A stretch of DNA of 64,000 nt from Azolla caroliniana (lineage: Eukaryota > Plantae > Polypodiophyta): NCBI GenBank assembly GCA_043228905.1, contig JBHGNT010000014.1:12276001-12340000 (forward strand), written 5' to 3'. Shown piece after piece: positions 25,501 through 39,400 of this stretch. Made by a program: the position numbers and the translations under genes. A model generated the notes under the pieces. That model searched no databases. It saw nothing but the letters and a program-made list of their open reading frames with translations, and was not told the origin of the DNA. The stretch's first letter is position 1, and each line of letters opens with the position of its first letter.

Positions 25501-28389
25501 CTCTGATAGCGGTGGTTGTACGATAGCCGGCGTAGTTGGCCGGGAAAAGAAGCGGGCGGAGGAGTGGCTTCGGGCATGCGGAGTCCTCGGACCTGAAGAG
25601 GAAATCAACAGAGCTGTGGAGGCGGTCTCTTTCGATGACACCTTGGGGAAGTTACGAGAGGTGTTCTGAGAAGGCCTTAATGAGGACCGGACGATTCCGG
25701 TATGTTCGGAAAAGATGTACGAAGTCATCGCCGACTTCGGTAGTGGACTCGAGTCGGATCAGACGGCCTGATTGGATACGAAGTACAAAACTGTGGACCA
25801 GAAGGTGAGGCCAGTCACGACACCCTTGCCGGAGGGCAGCGAGTTATGGATAAAGGGGGTTGCGTCGGACCCAAGTTTACGAGATCCAGCCAACATAGGA
25901 CACACGTTCACCGACGTAACGCTATGGGAGCTCAAGATCGGTGGGGGTGGCTTTCTACTGCCGGTGGAAGAGGAACGGTTTCGAAGAATGCTCGGGAGGC
26001 ACGGGAAGGCTTTCGCATTCTCATCGGAGGAGATTGGGTGCGTAGACCCGAAGGTTGTGGAACCAATGGTGATCTTCACGGTACCGCATGTGCCGTGGAG
26101 TCTCAAACCGATTCCGGTACCCAGAGCTCACATCTCGAAGCTGATGGAGCTACTGAAACAGAAGGTGGAGATGGGCATCCTCGAACCGTCGAGTGCCCCA
26201 TATTCGAATCGGTGGTTTACCGTGCCGAAGAAGAACGGCACACTGCGATTCATACAGGACCTACAACCGGTCAACAAGGTGACCATTGGAAACGCAGGTA
26301 TCGGATCGACCATCGATGAGTTTGCGGAGGCTTTCGCAGGGCGATCGATCTACTCGGTCGGGGACCTGTACTCAGGCTACGATCAGTTCTAGCTAGCCGT
26401 AGAGAGCAGGGATGTCACGACGATGCAGACTCCTCTCGGCCTAGTTTGGTTGTGTACCCTACCGCAAGGAGGAACGAACTCGGTGGCACACATGGTGAAT
26501 GTGATGAACAAGGTGTTGAGGGACTGCATCCCGGACATCACCATGCCATTTCTGGACAACATCCTGATCAATGGATGTCCGGTGGAGGACAGGGATGAGT
26601 CGGCCGGGCCCAACGGTTGCCGGAGGTTCGTGACGGATCACATTCGTGACTGCGAGAAGGTGCTACAAAGACTCGAGAGCGCGCGGCTCACCTTCTCCGG
26701 AGAAAAATCAGCATTCAGACAGCCGGAGATCTTGGTAGTCGGACACCTGTGCGGGCCCTATGGCCGGAAACCGTCCCCGGCAAAGGTAGAAGCCATCTCC
26801 GTGATGAAGGACGATTGCAGGTCAGTTACGGAGGTCCGCAGATTCTTTGGTGCGTGCGCGTTCTACCACATCTGGATTCCACACTACGCACATGTCGCGG
26901 AACCGCTCTACGGGCTATTGAAGGAAGGGCGTAGGTTCGAGTGGAGGACGGAGCACACGGAGTTGGTCCGGAGGCTGAAGGAGGCGCTTGCTGCGGCACT
27001 GGCTCTCCGGAAAGTGGTTTATGGCAAGGAAGTCCCCATCTACATGACGGTGAACACGAGCCCGACCGGGATCGGGTGGGTGATCAGTCAGGAGGACAAG
27101 GACGGCGTACGGTTCCCGATCCGATTCGGGGCGAAGGTATTGAGCGAGCGGCAACGAGGATACGCCCAAGTTAAGCACGAGCTGTGGGGTATCGTTTTGG
27201 CAGTCAAGGCCGACAAGGACTATTTGATCGGGACGGAAGTGATCATCGAGACAGACTGCCTACCGATTCTAGGTATGGTCTCCGGATGCGCGACTCCAGA
27301 CCTGGCGATGCTCAGGTGGATCGTGTACATCAAGTCCCTGAACCCGGAGATACGACACATCTCCGAGAAAGATAATGCCATGGACGATATACTTTCAAGG
27401 GCGCGGTTCAGTGACAAGGACGACATGGTTTCGGATAACGAGGAAGTCGGCGAGGATTTCTTCGGGTCAGCCAACGTAACAACAAGAAAGGGGAGCACTC
27501 CGGCGCTTAACGAATTCTACGAGAGCAAGTACGACGGGGAGTGGCTCCAGATCGGCGGGTTCCTGAAGGCAATGCAACCGGACGCAACATGGATGAAGGA
27601 AGAGGCCAACCGAGTTCAGAAGAAAGTGTACCGATTCTTTCTACGGGACGAAGGATAAGTGTGGGCCGGTCTTCTCCGGTAAGAGCTTAGTTTTGGCGTA
27701 TACCGGTGGATGCGCGGTTAGGTGGGGGCGGATGTCGTGGAGAAAACCGTCCCTAGGCGGAAACAGGGTATAACGTGCGTAAACTGGCCCTTACACGTGG
27801 GCACAAGTTTTGTTGTATAGTACGTAGGTAGGTACAAGTCGCCTAAGGCGAAATCCTAGGTAGTACGCGCTCGGTAGGGAGGAAATCGAGGAGTATCGGG
27901 CTATCCGAAAGGACAGGGAATAAAACATGATGTAACGAGTGGTAACGGCCTCCCTCCTTGGGTTATAAAAGAGAGGGAGAAGTGAGAGAAAGCTATCGCG
28001 TTTTTGGGAGCAAGGAGGAAGGGATGTCAGACCGGGACCGAGCTCTCTCCTCCATCGTTCGACTTTCTGTGCAAGATTTCGGACTGTGTTGCCTCTGCTT
28101 CGTGGATAGCCCGTGTGCTTCCGGTAGAGGCGCCACTGTGCAATTGGGCTGAGTGCGTGCGTGAGCATCGTGTGTATGTGGGTGTGTCCGCCTGGGTTGG
28201 GTCTGTCGCCGGCTTGCTGGTTGTAATCGTTGTCGATTGTAATTAAGACTTTGTTCTCTGTCTCTTTCCTCCTCTGTGTTTCTGCAAGCTGCTCTCTCTC
28301 TCTCTCTCTCCCCTCTTTCTCACGCCCCTTGGTTCAAGGCCCCCGCGGTCCTGCCTCTTTCCGAACGCGAAGAGCGTAACAACACGATT
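22568..28389 (+). mobile_element. tRNA-Trp-primed Ty3/gypsy element (family G1), integrase deleted; LTRs 22568-23215 and 27733-28389
   Basis: Two related ~650-bp LTRs starting TGTCGTG; PBS tggtgaacccgatgtga at ~23220; PPT ggtgggggcgga; TSD GCGT (22564-22567 / 28390-28393). Confidence 0.93.
23430..27658 (+). pseudogene. Disrupted gag-protease / RT-RNase H of G1
   Basis: Zn knuckle CMWCDAVGHIRKEC; protease LVDHGSEIN; RT WFTVPKKNG..FLDN; RH ETDCLP. Several in-frame stops; no integrase before the PPT. Confidence 0.88.
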
Positions 28390-28650
28390 GCGTATGAGGT
28401 CAATACGTCGATTTCTATGTAAATGATATGCGATTGGTGTCATATGCATAAGAGGTCGACAATACCTCAATTGCGTATTACGATCACCCTTATTTTTGGA
28501 TGTTTCGTGTGCGTAGAGGCTATATGCCTTGAATACATCATTCGTTGGCTATGTTATGTTACGATTTTTTTTTAATAGACGCATGTGTGGTCATGTGTAT
28601 ACGTATTTGATCGTATACATGTGATAAACATACATATGTGTATATTAGTT

Positions 28651-28925
28651 ATGTTAGGATCTCGGTCCCTTCGGATGGGATACGAAGGCCCGACATCGGA
28701 AGACCCGGTGAGAATCGGATATGGAGTACCCGGCAACGGAAGACCCGGTGAGAACCGGATGTGGAGTACCCGGCATCTAAAGACCCGGTGAGAACCGGAT
28801 GACGAGTACCCGGCAAGGAAGACCTGGTGAGAACTAGATGTTGCAGGCCCGGTGAGAACCTCTCACCGGATGAAGGGACATATATGTAGATATGTTTCTG
28901 AGAGCCCATTGGGGCTATATCTGTT
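28651..28925 (+). mobile_element. Truncated copia LTR related to the 49595 element, with ~40-bp tandem repeats
   Basis: tgttaggatctcggtcccttcggatggga versus tgttgggatttcggtccctccggatggga; agacccggtgagaa(c/t)cggat repeated ~4 times. Confidence 0.75.
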
Positions 28926-29117
28926 ACCAACATACAAGAGTTTCTTAAAGAATAGTAATATGTCATGACATTCAAATTGTTGATAGTCTGTACCTGGTTG
29001 TTGCGACTGTGAACAAGATGCTTGAGAGGGATCAATTTGTGCTCGAATGGCTTGAAAATATTGCTTGCACCCCTCTATATGCACTCGAATGCCACTAGGC
29101 CCTAGGATAATTTTCAT
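28926..29117 (-). mobile_element. Fragment of a Tcn1-like chromovirus pol
   Basis: QAIRAQIDPSQASCSQSQQPGTDYQQF..LLFFKKLLYV matches QAILAQIDPSRASCSQSQSPGTDYRQF..LLFFKELLYV at ~43850-43975. Confidence 0.85.
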
Positions 29118-29757
29118 ATTTATAATTGTTTGTGTAATGTGTGTGGAACTATACTATTTCACAATTTCTCCCATTGGACACACAACATCACGACAACGGC
29201 AATAACTTCTACAAACTGAACGCGGAAAGCGTTGTGACTTTATGGGAGGAGTTATCAGATGACTTCCTATTTTTGGCCGGAGCACAACTGGTGGCGGTGG
29301 GCCGGCTGGTGGAACAACTGGATGACGACCAACTGGATACCAACTCCAATTCGAGCGATACGAACGAGAGCGGAGACAGCAAATGGAGACTAGAAGAACG
29401 GCATCAATTAACATTAGTGACGAAGAGAAATATCCGGAGCAAACGCCAAATGCAGTCAGAACCGGAGGAAGCCAGCCAAAAGTAGCTCAAGAGGAGCAGC
29501 CGAAGGAAGCCGACCCGAAAGAGCCAGTGCAAGCCGGTGTCAGGAGCAGGAGGAGCCCAGGTCAGATGAGCCGGAGACGGAAGCCCTGAAGGGACAGGAG
29601 CCGGAAGGGACTGAAGCCGGAAAGGAGGAGTAGACCGGATAGTAACAACAACAACAACCACCACAACAAACGGAGCAACTACCCGAAGAACCTCTAGAAC
29701 CCTTGGACCAAAGCATTCTGGACATTTTGACAAACGATTGATAAAGGGCTAACCGTG

Positions 29758-30099
29758 TGTTGGACGGCAAGGACAATGGGCCGATTAGAGTCTAGAATGA
29801 GAAAGGGGCATTTAATTAGGAATAGGGAGTTCAAATTAATAAGGATTTAATTATGTGATTTTGAGAAGCAGAGTATTATGTGATTTTGAGAAGCGGACGG
29901 ACGGACCTAGAATCGGTATGTTGATTCGGATCTGGACCAGATCGTTGACGGTTGGCGGTTGGCACCGGTTTGTAACTCAGTCAGAGAACTATAAAAGGAC
30001 CCGACAAGAATGTAATCAAGGACGGATAATTAATAGAAGTGTTGCTATTTTACGTAGTGTTTAGTATCTATTTGGTTACCGTCCTGTGCTTAATCTAAT
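29758..30099 (+). mobile_element. LTR-like sequence split by the copia at 30100; it continues at 49272-49302
   Basis: Starts TGTTG, tataaaag at ~29990, ends ..attaaCA at 49302. No clean TSD found. Confidence 0.5.
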
Positions 30100-30763
30100 T
30101 GTAAAAATCAAGAGATGGATTCTTGTGAAGCGGAAGAGATATAAGTTATGTGTGTGTATGAGAGAGAGAGAGAGAGAGAGAAAGACAAGGAATAAGACAC
30201 AGAGAATATGCAAGGTAAGAGTATATTAACAAAGGAGAAAGACTCAACATTTTACAAGGTGGGAGGAGGGTGCTTTATATAGTCACCCTCTCTCTCTACA
30301 TTAACTACAAGACTCATGGAGCATGGGGAATGTGAAAGCTCATAAGTTATGTGTCATAGAATATGATTCTATGACTCATACTAAATGCTAGAATACAAAG
30401 TGGTGACATAATGGTGACTCTTGACCGTTGGAGTGTCTATTCACTCTCAAGGTGAGTTCACATGCTAGACCAAGTTGAGCTTGATTCTCAACACACCCCC
30501 TCAAGCTCAAGTCGGGTCAGTTTCAGACGGTATCCGAAATCCGCTTCGACTCGCATTCCGGAGTCCGCGTCAACTCGTGTCGACTAGCATTTATGCGGAG
30601 TTACAGAATACATGCTCCAGCTTGCATTGTGTGTAGTTGCAAAGTCTGTGCTTCGGCTTGCGTCTTTCTTCGCGGATTTGCGTGGTAGATCAGCTCTTCA
30701 CGGCTTCGTTGCGTGGATTCTGTAATCCACGCGTTATTGCGTAGTGTGCGTGGAATCCACGCG

Positions 30764-33700
30764 TTATTGTGTAATGTCTTCAGTACTCCCCCTCAAGCTT
30801 GGCAGGTCAGGGATCGTCAATCCGAGATCGGTCATGAATTGCCATAGCTTGTCGGCTCCTAAGGCTTTAGTGAAGATGTCAGCCGTTTGAAGATTGGTGC
30901 TAATGTGTTGTAGTTCGACATCGCCAGCTAGAACGCGCTCTCGGATGAAGTGATAGTGCACTTCTATGTGCTTTGTCCGTGCGTGGAACATCGGGTTCCG
31001 AGCCAGATAGATACTGCTCATGTTGTCGCAGTAAAGGGGAGTCGGATCCTTGATGGGAACGCCCAGATCCTTCAAAATCCTCTTGAGCCATACGACTTCA
31101 CATGCAGCTACGACTGCACCCCTGTATTCCGCCTCCGTACTCGAAAGAGCGACAATAGGCTGCTTCTTGCTACTCCAGGATATTGCTCCGCTGCCGAGGG
31201 AGAAAACAAATCTGGAGGTTGATCTTCTATCAACTTTGTAGTTGGTCCAATCGGCGTTTGTGTACCCCTCGAGTCGTATTGGCATCACGGTCTTGTAGAG
31301 GATGCCGCAATCCATTGTACCGCTCACATATCGTAGAATTCACTTAGCGCAATCCAGGTGAGTATCACGCGGTGTTTGCATGAATTGGCTAAGGAGACCG
31401 ACCGGATAACTGAGATCGGGTCGAGTGATCGTGAGGTAGATGAGACTCCCGATGTGTTTTCGATACTGAGTCAACTCACACGCTTTGGTGCCGGAGTTCG
31501 CATCTATTTTGAGATTGCGATCGAGCGGGGTTGCCGCGGATTTGCACTTAGCCATTCCAAACTTGTATAACAAGTTGAGGATGTAGTGCCGTTGAGAGAT
31601 CATGATTTTGGCCGGAGTCCAAATTACCTCGATGCCGAGGAAGTAGTGGAGCTCCTTCATGTCCGTCATCTCGAACTTGTCGGAAAGGAGGGATTTGACC
31701 TTATTGATTTCGACGAGGTGCTCACCTCCAATGACTAGGTCATCCACATATAAGATGATGATGATCAGACTTGCGGAATCGCTTTGTATATAGAGGGAGT
31801 TGTCCGATTTTGACATATGGAAGTTGATTTCAGGAAGATATTGCGTTATCTTCGAATGCCAAGCACGCAGTGCTTGCTTGAGGCCATAGAGGAGCTTCTT
31901 GAGTCGGCATACAATTTTCGGATGGGTGCTTGAGTTGAAGCCGGATGGTTGTATCATGTACACCTCCTCTTCTAATTCGCCTTGTAGAAAGGCGTTCTTG
32001 ATGTCCATTTGATGGAGGTGCCACCCTTTTGCCATGGCAAGCACAATTATGGTCCGCACCGTCGTCATCTTTGCCACTGGGGCAAAGGTCTCCTCGTAGT
32101 CAACTCGGTGAGTTTGGGCGTAACCTTTCGCTACGAGGTGCACTTTGTAGCGGTTGACGGAACCGTCGGCGTTATACTTCACTTTGTAAATCCATCTGCA
32201 TCCGATCGCCTTTTTGTCTGGTGAGGTGGGAATGAGATCCCACGTCTCGTTCTTGCGTAGTGCCTGCATCTTCTCGTTCATTGCGTCGATCCATCGCGGA
32301 TCCTTGGCTGCTTCGGAAAATGTTTCTGGCTCCCATACTGTTGCTACCTTCATCATAAAGGCGTAATGGTACGCCATATAATCGTTGCAGCTGAATCGGC
32401 TTACGGGGTTCCTTTCACGGGTGGATTGGCGGAGCTTTTCATTTGCAGAGATGAGGGCTTTCTTAGCTCCGATTGGTGCATCGAAGCTGCCGAACTCACT
32501 ATCGAGTGAGTGAGTCGATTTATCGTTGTCGAAGCGATCGTCTTCGTATTCCGACATTTTCGCCTTGCCTTTGTCCATCTTCGGGCTAGGCTGTGATGTG
32601 CTTTGATCGCTCAAAGGCTCTTGTGGTCCGCTCAGTCGGGTCGTGATCGGACTTTCTTCGAACATGCGCGTAAGGCGATCTTCATCCTCTATCACTTGTT
32701 GGGCGGATTCCGGGTCGAGTGGAGTCGGAGTCGGCGTTGTCTCTGGTGCGTACCAGGATGCGGACTCGTCAAAAATGACGTCTCGACTTACTCAAGATTT
32801 TCGAGTTGAGGGGTTGTAGCACTTGTATCCCTTTTGCTCTAGTGAGTATCCTACGAGGATACATTTCTCCAACTTTGGATCAAGCTTTTGACACTTCTCA
32901 TCGGGGATGTGCACGTATGCTATCGCGCCGAATATCCGGATGTGAGATAAGTCCAGCTTCTTTCCGAAGTATTTTTCATGCGGAGTGACCTCGTGTACGC
33001 CGGATATTGTGCACTGGTTCATTAGGTAGACGGCCATATTTGCAGCTTCGGCCCAATATGACTTGGGCATATGCTTCTCGTTCATCATGGCCCGCACTAC
33101 TTCGAGGATGTGCCGATTTTTGCGCTCGGCTACTCCGTTTTGTTGCGGAGTGTGTCGGCAAGTGAATTCTCGTCGAATTCCTTCCTTTCGGAGATACGCC
33201 GTGAAATCGTCTGAGAAGTACTCCTTGTTGCCATCAGATTGAAGACATCGTACATGTTGGCTCGTGGCTTTCTCGACTTCATTCTTGAATTTTTGGAAGT
33301 GTCCGAACACTTCGCTCTTTTGCCGCATCGGGTAGATCCAAGTGTGCCTAGATAAGCCGTCGATGAAGAGCACGTAATATCGGCATCCGCTGAATGTAGC
33401 CGTCTGCGCCGGTCCCCATACGTCGGAATGGACTACGTCGAGTAGACCTTTGTTCACGTTCCGCTGTTTCGGGAATGGGTGTTGGTGTTGCTTGCCGAAT
33501 TGGCATGCTTCACATACACCTTCAATCTCCTTCTCTTTGAATGTTGGGAGTCCGATGACGACTCCTTTCGATTTCATTGCTTTGAGCTTTTGGAGATTTA
33601 TATGGCCAATCCACTTGTGCCATAACTCTATGTCGGAGTTGGCTTTCATGCCCTTTGCGAACATGGCCGATTTTATCTCGTGTGAGTCGAGAATGAACAT

Positions 33701-34903
33701 TCGGCCCTCTCTTCGTCCGCGTGCGATGAGTCGGCCCTCTTTTTCGATGAAGCAACCGCCTTGATTAAATCGAACTTGCATCCCTTGCTCTACAATTTGG
33801 CCGACGGAGACCAAATTCTTCGTAATGGTCGGTATATGCAAGACATTTTTAATGTAATTTTCCTTATCTTCTTTTCTGAACGGAACATTGCCGATGTGCC
33901 GAATAGGGTGCGTAGTGTCGTCTCCGGTTTCGACATAGCCGGGCCGGTCCAGCTCTCAAAGTTCTCGGAACCATTCTTGATGCGATGTCATATGGTTCGA
34001 GGCACCGGAATCGACGAACCATACGTCTTCCAGACCGGAGGCACTAGTTGAGGTAGAGGCCGACATAGAGTTTGCTCTATGTTTCATCATGAACATTCCG
34101 CCACGGTCGGAGTTGTGTGCATACATTCTGCCACGATCTTCGTAGTCGGAGTTGTGCCCGTACATTCTGCCACGGTTGGAGTTGTGTGCATACATTCCGC
34201 CACGATCTTCGTAGTCGGAGTTGTGCGCGTAGTTCGTGAGTTGTCGGCTTGTGGAAGCCGTTTCACACATCTTCTTTCGGCACTCTTCTTTGTGGTGGCC
34301 GAGCTTTCCACAATATCTGCATTCGGTTGCGTTTTGACGGATCGGGCCGGAGTGGAAGCTCCCCCTTCTTGTGAAGGTTCCTTGTTGGCTTCCATTTTGC
34401 GGCCGAAATTGGGAGTTGTTGTCGCAGGTCGAACCTTGTCCGCCTTGTCCTTGGCCGAATCGGCCTCTCGCTCGTCCGTGTCCTCTTCCTCCGTTCGAGT
34501 GCGTGTAGAGCATGTGGCCTTCTAACTCATTCCTCATTGTACGCACGTGGTTTTCTTCGACCAATAGCATTGATTGGAGCTCGAAGAAGGAGGGAGATTT
34601 CTCCCTTGCTAGGCCGTGGTTCGAGGCCGTCGAGGCATATTTGCACCATCTCATCATCATCGATACTTACGCTTATTGAGTAGAGTGAGTCACAAAGTTC
34701 CTTGATCTTCAAGGTGTATGTCGTGATGGACATGTCCCTTTGTTGAATGTTGTTCAACTCTTGGCGGAGTTGAAGCTTCCTCACGGTCGTGTTGGCAGCG
34801 AAAATCTTTCGTAGATTTTCCCACGCTTCCTTCGGCGTCTTGGCTTCTCGAATGTAACCGAGCATGTGGTCGTGAACACATGTCGCCAAACAATACATCA
34901 CGT
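30764..34903 (-). pseudogene. Copia C gag-pol (frameshifted); the gag N-terminus continues at 35608-35800 and 48520-48712
   Basis: CRYCGKLGHHKEEC; WFVDSGASNHM; GAG-pre-integrase WHKWIGH..CEAC; TPQQNGVAER; YVDD; RTKHIEVHYHF. Confidence 0.92.
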
Positions 34904-36485
34904 TGTCGTGCCTTTCGGCTCCGTATCGTTGCGTGAGGCGGGTGGGAACCGCCGAGGTTTTGGACTAGGAGGAAGAGGAATACAACTTAAGGCTAGTTAT
35001 GAATAGTGGAAAGAGAAGTAAGATAGCAATCTCGTGAATCCCACGAGTTTAGTGTATTTAAAACAATATTTAGATTATAAGAGTAATTTAGATGGCAAAA
35101 TTTGTGAATCCCACGAATATATTAGATTGATCAATCCTTGTATATTAATCAACAACCTTATACATATTTCTCTCCTCCTTATATAAAGATGGAAGAGGCT
35201 AAGCATGGCTTCATGCTTTTTCACCAAAAGTGTCCATGCACACTAAATGTGCATGTGATGCTTTGTCATTTCCTAAGTATAGGGCTCATGCACGCTAGAT
35301 GTGCATGAGTCACTTTTAATGTCACGTGTAAATAAAATATTCACACCCTAAGGAATACATGATTTTTACCTTTTTATAAAGGTATGTGTAAATAAAGGTC
35401 TTATACGTATTAAATCTATATGTATAACACTAAAGATAAGTTATTATAATGGTAAGGTTGAAGTTTATCTACGTGGAGGTGTAGGGTTCAAATCTTGCCC
35501 TATGCATGTGATAAATATTTTGATATATTATTTATTTATTTATATGTATCTAAAATCGGATATATTATTTTATGGTTTTCATGTAGTGTGTGGAATACAC
35601 TACGACAACGTGGCTTGCGGCTTGCTCCCATGTCGCGTATCCGGGAGCCGTGTCGATGGGTCGGTCTTCATGCGCTCCTTTGATGTAGCTCCAATAGCCT
35701 TGTCCGACAAGGTATTGGTGCATCTTGTACTCCCAAGATGCGAAGTTGTTTCAATCCAACTTCTCAGTAGGGAGAGTGCTCCCCATTTGAGTATTCATTA
35801 TGTCAATTTTTCTTCTTCTTCTTCTCTCTTCGAATGCGAGCTATGTAGCGAAGCTACGATAGTGATGAGTTGGTTCTTGGTCGTCATCGTGGAGCACAAC
35901 ACACGATGACGATGAGGCAAATGGGCTAGATCGAACTACCAAATTGCTCTGATACCATGTGAAGAATCAAGATATGGATTCTTGTGAAGCGGAAGAGATA
36001 TAAGTTATGTGTGTGTATGAGAGAGAGAGAGAGTGAGAGAGAGAGACAAGGAATAAGACACAGAGAATACGCAAGGTAAGAGTATATTAACAAAGGAGAA
36101 AGACTCAACATTTTACAAGGTGGGAGGAGGGTGCTTTATATAGTCATCCTCTCTCTCTACATTAACTACAAGACTCATGGAGCATGGGGAATGTGAAAGC
36201 TCATAAGTTATGTGTCATAGAATATGATTCTATGACTCATACTAAATGCTAGAATACAAAGTGGTGACATAATGGTGACTCTTGACCATTGGAGTGTCTA
36301 TTCACTCTCAAGGTGAGTTCACACACTAGACCAAGTTGAGCTTGATTCTACGTGGAGGTGTAGGGTTCGAATCTTGCCCTATGCACGTGATAAATATTTT
36401 GATATATTATTTATTTATTAATATGTATTTAAAATCGGATATATTATTTTATGGTTTTCACGTAGTGTGTGGAATACACTACGAC

Positions 36486-39400
36486 ACTCGCCCCCTCCGA
36501 ACCCGCACATCCTCCGGTATGTGCTGAAGTTCTCGATTCCTCATATCTGTCTTCACCCAAAGCTTCCTCCGATTCTCCCCTTATGTCGACTATGAGTTGT
36601 AATTCACTTTCTTCGCTTCCCGCATCACCGTGGTCTTCGTCCGATTGCTCCTCGTTGTCGGCCTTGGCTTGGATCACATAGGGTTCGTCGTCGGTCTGCT
36701 TCTTGAAAATCTTCACCCGCTTCCCGACTATAGGCACTCGTAGTATTGTTCCATCCAACTCGGACAGTCGGTACGTTCCGTTGTCGAAGACTTTCCGAAC
36801 CTCGTATGGCCCGAACCACCTTTTCGCGAATTTCCGCATCATTGTATGTTGATGGTCCAAACTACTATCATAGACGATCACCCAATCTCCTTCTTCAATC
36901 CTCCTCGGTCGTAGTCGGTGCTTTGTGTCGAACCGGCTTTTGTTCCGGAATCGTGCTTCTTGTTGTCGGCGTATTGCTTCTCCTATGTCTGCCGGTCTTC
37001 CCTCTAGTTGTCGTATCCGGATTGCTAGTAGTTCTTCCCGGCTCATCTCTTCCTTCCATGGTAGCACTGTCCATGTTACGATCGCGGTTTCTGTCGGCAT
37101 TATCGGTGCTTGTCCGGTCATGAGTTCTGCCGGCATGTAACCGGTCGTCCGATCCGCCCATAGTGCATACAGAAGCATCTGCGGCCAGTCCTTCACCTTT
37201 CCATCGCATGCCTTCGCAAGTGCTTTCACGATCGGACTATGTCCTCGTTCGATTTTCCCGTTGGCCTTCGGATTGTATGCCGTTGTCAGCGTTAACCGAA
37301 CTCCGTGTTTGGCGAAGAATCCCCTAGCTTTGTCCGAGTCGAGTTCTCCCCGGTCCGCAATCACTTGTCCTACGCACCCGTACCTGCAAAATACTTCCTC
37401 CAAAAGAAATTGCCATACCGCAGAACACGTTTTCCTCTGAAGCGCTCAACCTTCTACTTGATTCGTGAGATCTTCCCGAGCTAATACCAAGTATTTCTTC
37501 TGTCCGATCCCGGTCGGCATGGCCACTATGTCGACCATCCACTTGAAGTTGATTGTCAGTGAGAATGTCGGATGTAACTCATCTCGATGTCGAACCCCGG
37601 AGTAGACTTGACATTTCTCGCAGCTTTCCGTGAACTCCGCGACATCTTTGTACATTTTCTTCCACCAATATTTTTGCTTGATCTTCACAAATGTTGCCCA
37701 TGTTCCTCGGTGTCCAGCCCAATCGGATTCGTGAAACTCGGACATTATCCGGTTTTGTTGCTCTTTTGTCCCGACTACTCGAAGTGGTATACCATCCGGT
37801 CTGTTCGGCGCCCTCCATATTAATCCGTTTTCCAAGAAGAACTTTTGGACTTGCCTCTTCTTCCTTCGGATCTCGGCTCTTCTTCCTTCATCGTTTGTTG
37901 AATCCTCGGCCTCTTGTAACATTTTCCGATCATCAAGCTTTCTCCCTCGTATTCTTCTTCCCGGAATTCTCGGATTACGTTCACTCGGCATATGTGCTCC
38001 GACGCGAAGTAGTCTTCAGAAACTTCTCCATTATCCGATTCGGTTATGTCGTCTCCGAACCGAGCCCTTGATAACATATCCGCTACCGCGTTGTCCTTCC
38101 CCGAGATGTGTCGAACCTCCGGATTAAGCGACTTGACATATGCAACCCACCTTAGCATAGGTACATCCGGTATCGTACAACACTGCATCAACCCGAGTAT
38201 CGGAAGACAATCCGTCTCGATCACCACTTCGGCTCCGATCAAATAATCCCGATCCGATTTTATCGCCGACACGACTCCCCACAGTTCTCTTTTTACTTGT
38301 GCATATCCACGTTGCCTTTCGTTGAGAACCTTTGCTCCGAATCGGATCGGATACCGCGAACCATCCGAGTCGGCTTGATTGATGACCCACCCGATACCGG
38401 TTGGACTTGTATCAACCGTTACTATGATCGGTCAGTCGTAGCTCGGCTTCTTAAGTGTTTCCGCCCTCCGAAGTGTCTTCTTCAATTTCTTCATGGCTTT
38501 GGTGTGTTCCGGTTTCCATTCGAATTTCTTACCTTTCCGCAACAAGTGGTAGAGCGGGTCCGCTATATGTGCATAGTGCGGAATCCATCTGTGATAGAAT
38601 GCACATGCACCGAGAAACCTTCGGACTTCGGATGTTGACTCGCATACTTCCTCCATAGCTTGAATCGCATCGATCTTTGTTGGTGACGGTCTTCAGCCGT
38701 AGGGCCCACATAGATGTCCGACCACCAATATTTCTTCTTGCCCGAATGCCGATTTCTCCCCGGAAAGTGTTAGGTGCACATCTTCTAGCTTTCACAACAC
38801 TTTCTCGCAATCATGAATATGGTCGACCACGAACTTTCGGCATCCCCGATCATCCATAGTCTCATCTTTTTCTTCTACCGCGCATCCTTTCATGGGAATG
38901 TCATCGAGGAACGGCATCGTTATCTCCGGAATGCAGTCTCGAAGCACCTTGTTCATCGCGTTCATCATATGAGCAACCGAGTTTGTCGCTCCTTGTGGTA
39001 GTGTGCACATTCGGAGTAATCCTATCGGTGTTCGCATGGTTGTGATGTCTCGGCTCTCCACGGCTAGTTGGAATTGTTCATACCCCGAGTATAGGTCTCC
39101 GATGGAGTATATCGCACGACCGGCAAAAGCTTCCGCAAATTCGTCCACTATCGGACCGACTCCCGAGTTCCGGATTGTGACCTTATTCACCGGTTGCAAG
39201 TCTTGGATAAATCGGAATGACCCATTCTTCTTCGGAACCGTAAACCATCGATTTGAGTATGGAGCAGTTGATGGCTCTAGAATCCCCATTGCCACCTTCT
39301 CCTTGAGCAAGTCAATGACTTTCGGAATATGCGCTCGTGGCACTGGAATCGGTTTCAGGTTCCACAATACATGGTCAATCGTGAAGATCACCATCGGTTC

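Noticed and set aside
29141-29750. GC-rich ORF-like segment between TE fragments
   Set aside because: No recognisable domain; probably internal sequence of an unidentified retroelement.
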